64,000 nucleotides of DNA from Lingula anatina (Eukaryota; Animalia; Brachiopoda): positions 11,408,001 through 11,472,000 of the forward strand of contig CM120641.1 in the NCBI GenBank assembly GCA_051362555.1. The letters are read 5' to 3'. The notes under the pieces were generated by a model that saw only the letters and a list, made by a program, of their open reading frames with translations, ran no database searches and had not been told where the DNA came from. Below are positions 61,557 to 64,000 of this stretch, piece by piece. Position 1 is the first letter of the stretch. Each line of letters begins with the position of its first letter. Made by a program: the position numbers and the translations under genes.

Positions 61557-63750
61557 TCAAAATCTTTTTTGCTCTAGGGTATCTATCCCAGAGGACATGC
61601 TTGTTGCATCATTTGATTTTTGATCACTGAAATTCGAAACTTCGTCCATGAAAATATACCCACGAGGCAAACTAAACTCATCAATATAATCAGGTGGTGT
61701 TGGAAAATTATAGGATGGGTCTGGTTTCTGTTCAAGCTTTCTCCTGGTCTTCTTTTCTTCCTCTAGTTTATGGACTATGGCCATAGACACACCCATGCTA
61801 ACAATCTATAATATATAAGGAAATGGACTAATCTTATGTTTGTGATGTTTTCATCATGATTGAAACTCGGCTAACATATTTTATTTTAATGTCATCTCAG
61901 ATAATATGCACAACTGTTACCAAAGTGATATAAAAATGAAAAATAAGAGTTTTATTCACAATTACTCAAAGTATTTTAAATGGTAAAATATGATTAATTT
62001 CATTCAGCACAACATAGCATTCTTATATATTTTTAAATACCCACCATTGAGGAAGCAGTGACAAGAATCACTACTAAGATCAGTGTTACAAATCCTCTAC
62101 TCAGCATTTGCTGGGCTAGCACGCCTTCCATGCAACTCTATAACAAAGTGTGAAAAGAAAAAAATATCATCATCATCATTATTATTATAATTATTATTAC
62201 ATGCTCCTGTGGAAATATAAATAATAAGGTGCCACAAGCTTACATTATAAAACAGAGCATTATTATGTCTTCCACGTTTGGGTGCAGTCTTCGGGTGCAT
62301 GTAGTTGTCTGCTGGATTCTGACACTGTTCTACTGCAGCTTCACTTGTGGTGTTGCAACAAGACCTGGGCACCAAAATATTTTCTGAAAAAAAAAATTAA
62401 ATTCATGTGGGTTATATCTTAACATATAACCCAGTCTGTTCTTATATGAAGCAGAGCAAGAATGTATTACCATTACTAAGGCAATACATTCTTGAGCATA
62501 TGGATAGCTCAGTTAAGCATATATAGAAATAATCATTTAGTGCACTTTTAAGTATTATTATAATAATATTAAAATATTTGGAACTTTGGCAATGAAAGAT
62601 GGTCACACACTGCATTGTGTATGTAGTATGTACGTGTGACTACTTAGTATAGTTATATCCAGTTAGAAAAAACGTTGATCAAACTCACTGTTTGTCTGAC
62701 TGAGATACCAGTGGGAAGATTTATACATTCCCCAGCCAGATCTCTGCAATCCACAGCACTCCAGCTGAATGAGAAGAATAAGTTTCCAAAGGAACACATT
62801 TCAAAACAGGTTTCAAGGAATTAGAGCAGTTGTAATGTTCACAAAATGCTCCTTAAAACTAATGCAACACAACATTAAAGAGAAACCAATTAAACAGAAA
62901 TTCAGAGAGAGGTGTGATGCTTCCACATAAGGTACCACCAGCCAAGTAATGAACCAAAGCGCATAGCAAGAGAATTTTTACAAAATGTAGCTTCAAAAAC
63001 TGAGAAAATAGCTTATAATAAAATATACAACCAAAATAGGTTTGGAGTACAATAAATAGAATTGGCTGCCATGACTTGTATGCATGAGGCTTTTGAACTC
63101 CACAAATTATCTTGGGGTTCTACACAAGTTTCTAGCATGGGGTGCAAAGGCGTATGCACCAACCAGGGAATAAATACTTCCATTCAACTAGTATATACTC
63201 CATGTGCCATTAATTATAACTAGTGTACTGTCCATTTCTCATGTGTTGGGAAATTATTTCTTTAAATCACTGTTTGTGTGTTTCTACCCTTTATTATTCT
63301 ATAACATACCAGTGCTTATTTTACCTTTTGTTGGTATTTGTCCCACAAGTCTGTCACCTCTGGATAATCTACATGACCATATCTGTTTATCAGTATGCTT
63401 TCTAGAGACTAGTTGTTCATGAAACAAACAGCATGATATTCAGTTTGTATTTTCAATGTGTACAAAATCAATTTTCTCCAGGCTGACAGGACAAAATGAG
63501 CATAATACAATATGCAAAATCAGAAGAAAAAAAGCTTTTTAAAGCTGAAAGCTGAACCCCCCCCCCCCCCCCATTTAATCAAATCTCTTGAATTAAATAC
63601 TTGTACAACAAAAAGCAAGAATATTATATTCATTTTGCAAATTTATCAGAAGTTATATATCCTTACTTGTTCCATGTCCACTCTTGAGAAGGCCAAAAGA
63701 ATACTTCCACATATTAGAAGTAAACAAAGAACAACCAAACAGCCAAAATA
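61557..63750 (-). CDS. Tetraspanin family protein, 3' part (TM3, large extracellular loop, TM4, tail); exons 63750-63667, 63408-63325, 62764-62689, 62383-62244, 62137-62045, 61805-61557; 5' exons lie beyond the window
   Basis: Spliced product YFGCLVVLCLLLICGSILLAF...VTDLWDKYQQKLECCG...LVPRSCC...SCMEGV...GFVTLILVVILVTASSMIVSMGVSMAI contains the CCG, PxSCC and terminal Cys motifs of tetraspanins. Confidence 0.88.
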
Positions 63751-64000
63751 CTGCAAAATAAGAAGAAATAGTGGCTTTATGACCTGAACATTGGGTTCAT
63801 TTTATAAAACTTGACCTGTATTTCAGAATATTACAAGTTACTGGCATCTTTCCTGTTAGTCAGTCAAATAGTTAATGAGAAAGTGCACTATGCCTAAATA
63901 CACACACACACAAACACACACACACACACATTAAAAAAACGTACTATTTTCAAATGATTTGACTTCTGTCCAGCACTAACACAAATGTTTCCCAGCAGGA

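Overview
AT-rich, intron-containing animal genomic DNA, probably a marine invertebrate (the taxon cannot be fixed from this window). Host genes, in order: (1) five-exon mitochondrial ribosomal protein L10 (MRPL10, +); (2) a cluster of four galactose-3-O-sulfotransferase (GAL3ST/Gal-3-O_sulfotr family) paralogs, three on + and one on -. Copy 1 has an intact catalytic exon but no recognisable signal-anchor exon, and copy 2 has its C-terminus rewritten by a hAT MITE; (3) an 18-exon MyRIP/melanophilin (Slac2)-like Rab27 effector (+) that carries two internal I-set Ig domains; (4) the 3' part of a tetraspanin (-). Introns and intergenic DNA are full of transposons: a young 5'-truncated Penelope-like element with a perfect 101-bp inverted terminal copy containing a minimal hammerhead ribozyme, nested Helentron/HINE-type elements with a 161-bp satellite, PIF/Harbinger and hAT MITEs (8-bp and 5-bp TSD types), a decayed Tc1, RTE/L1 fragments and a tRNA-derived V-SINE-like element. 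No CRISPR array, rRNA or tRNA gene is supported. All gene models were read by eye from splice sites, reading phase and recalled family motifs; no searches were run.
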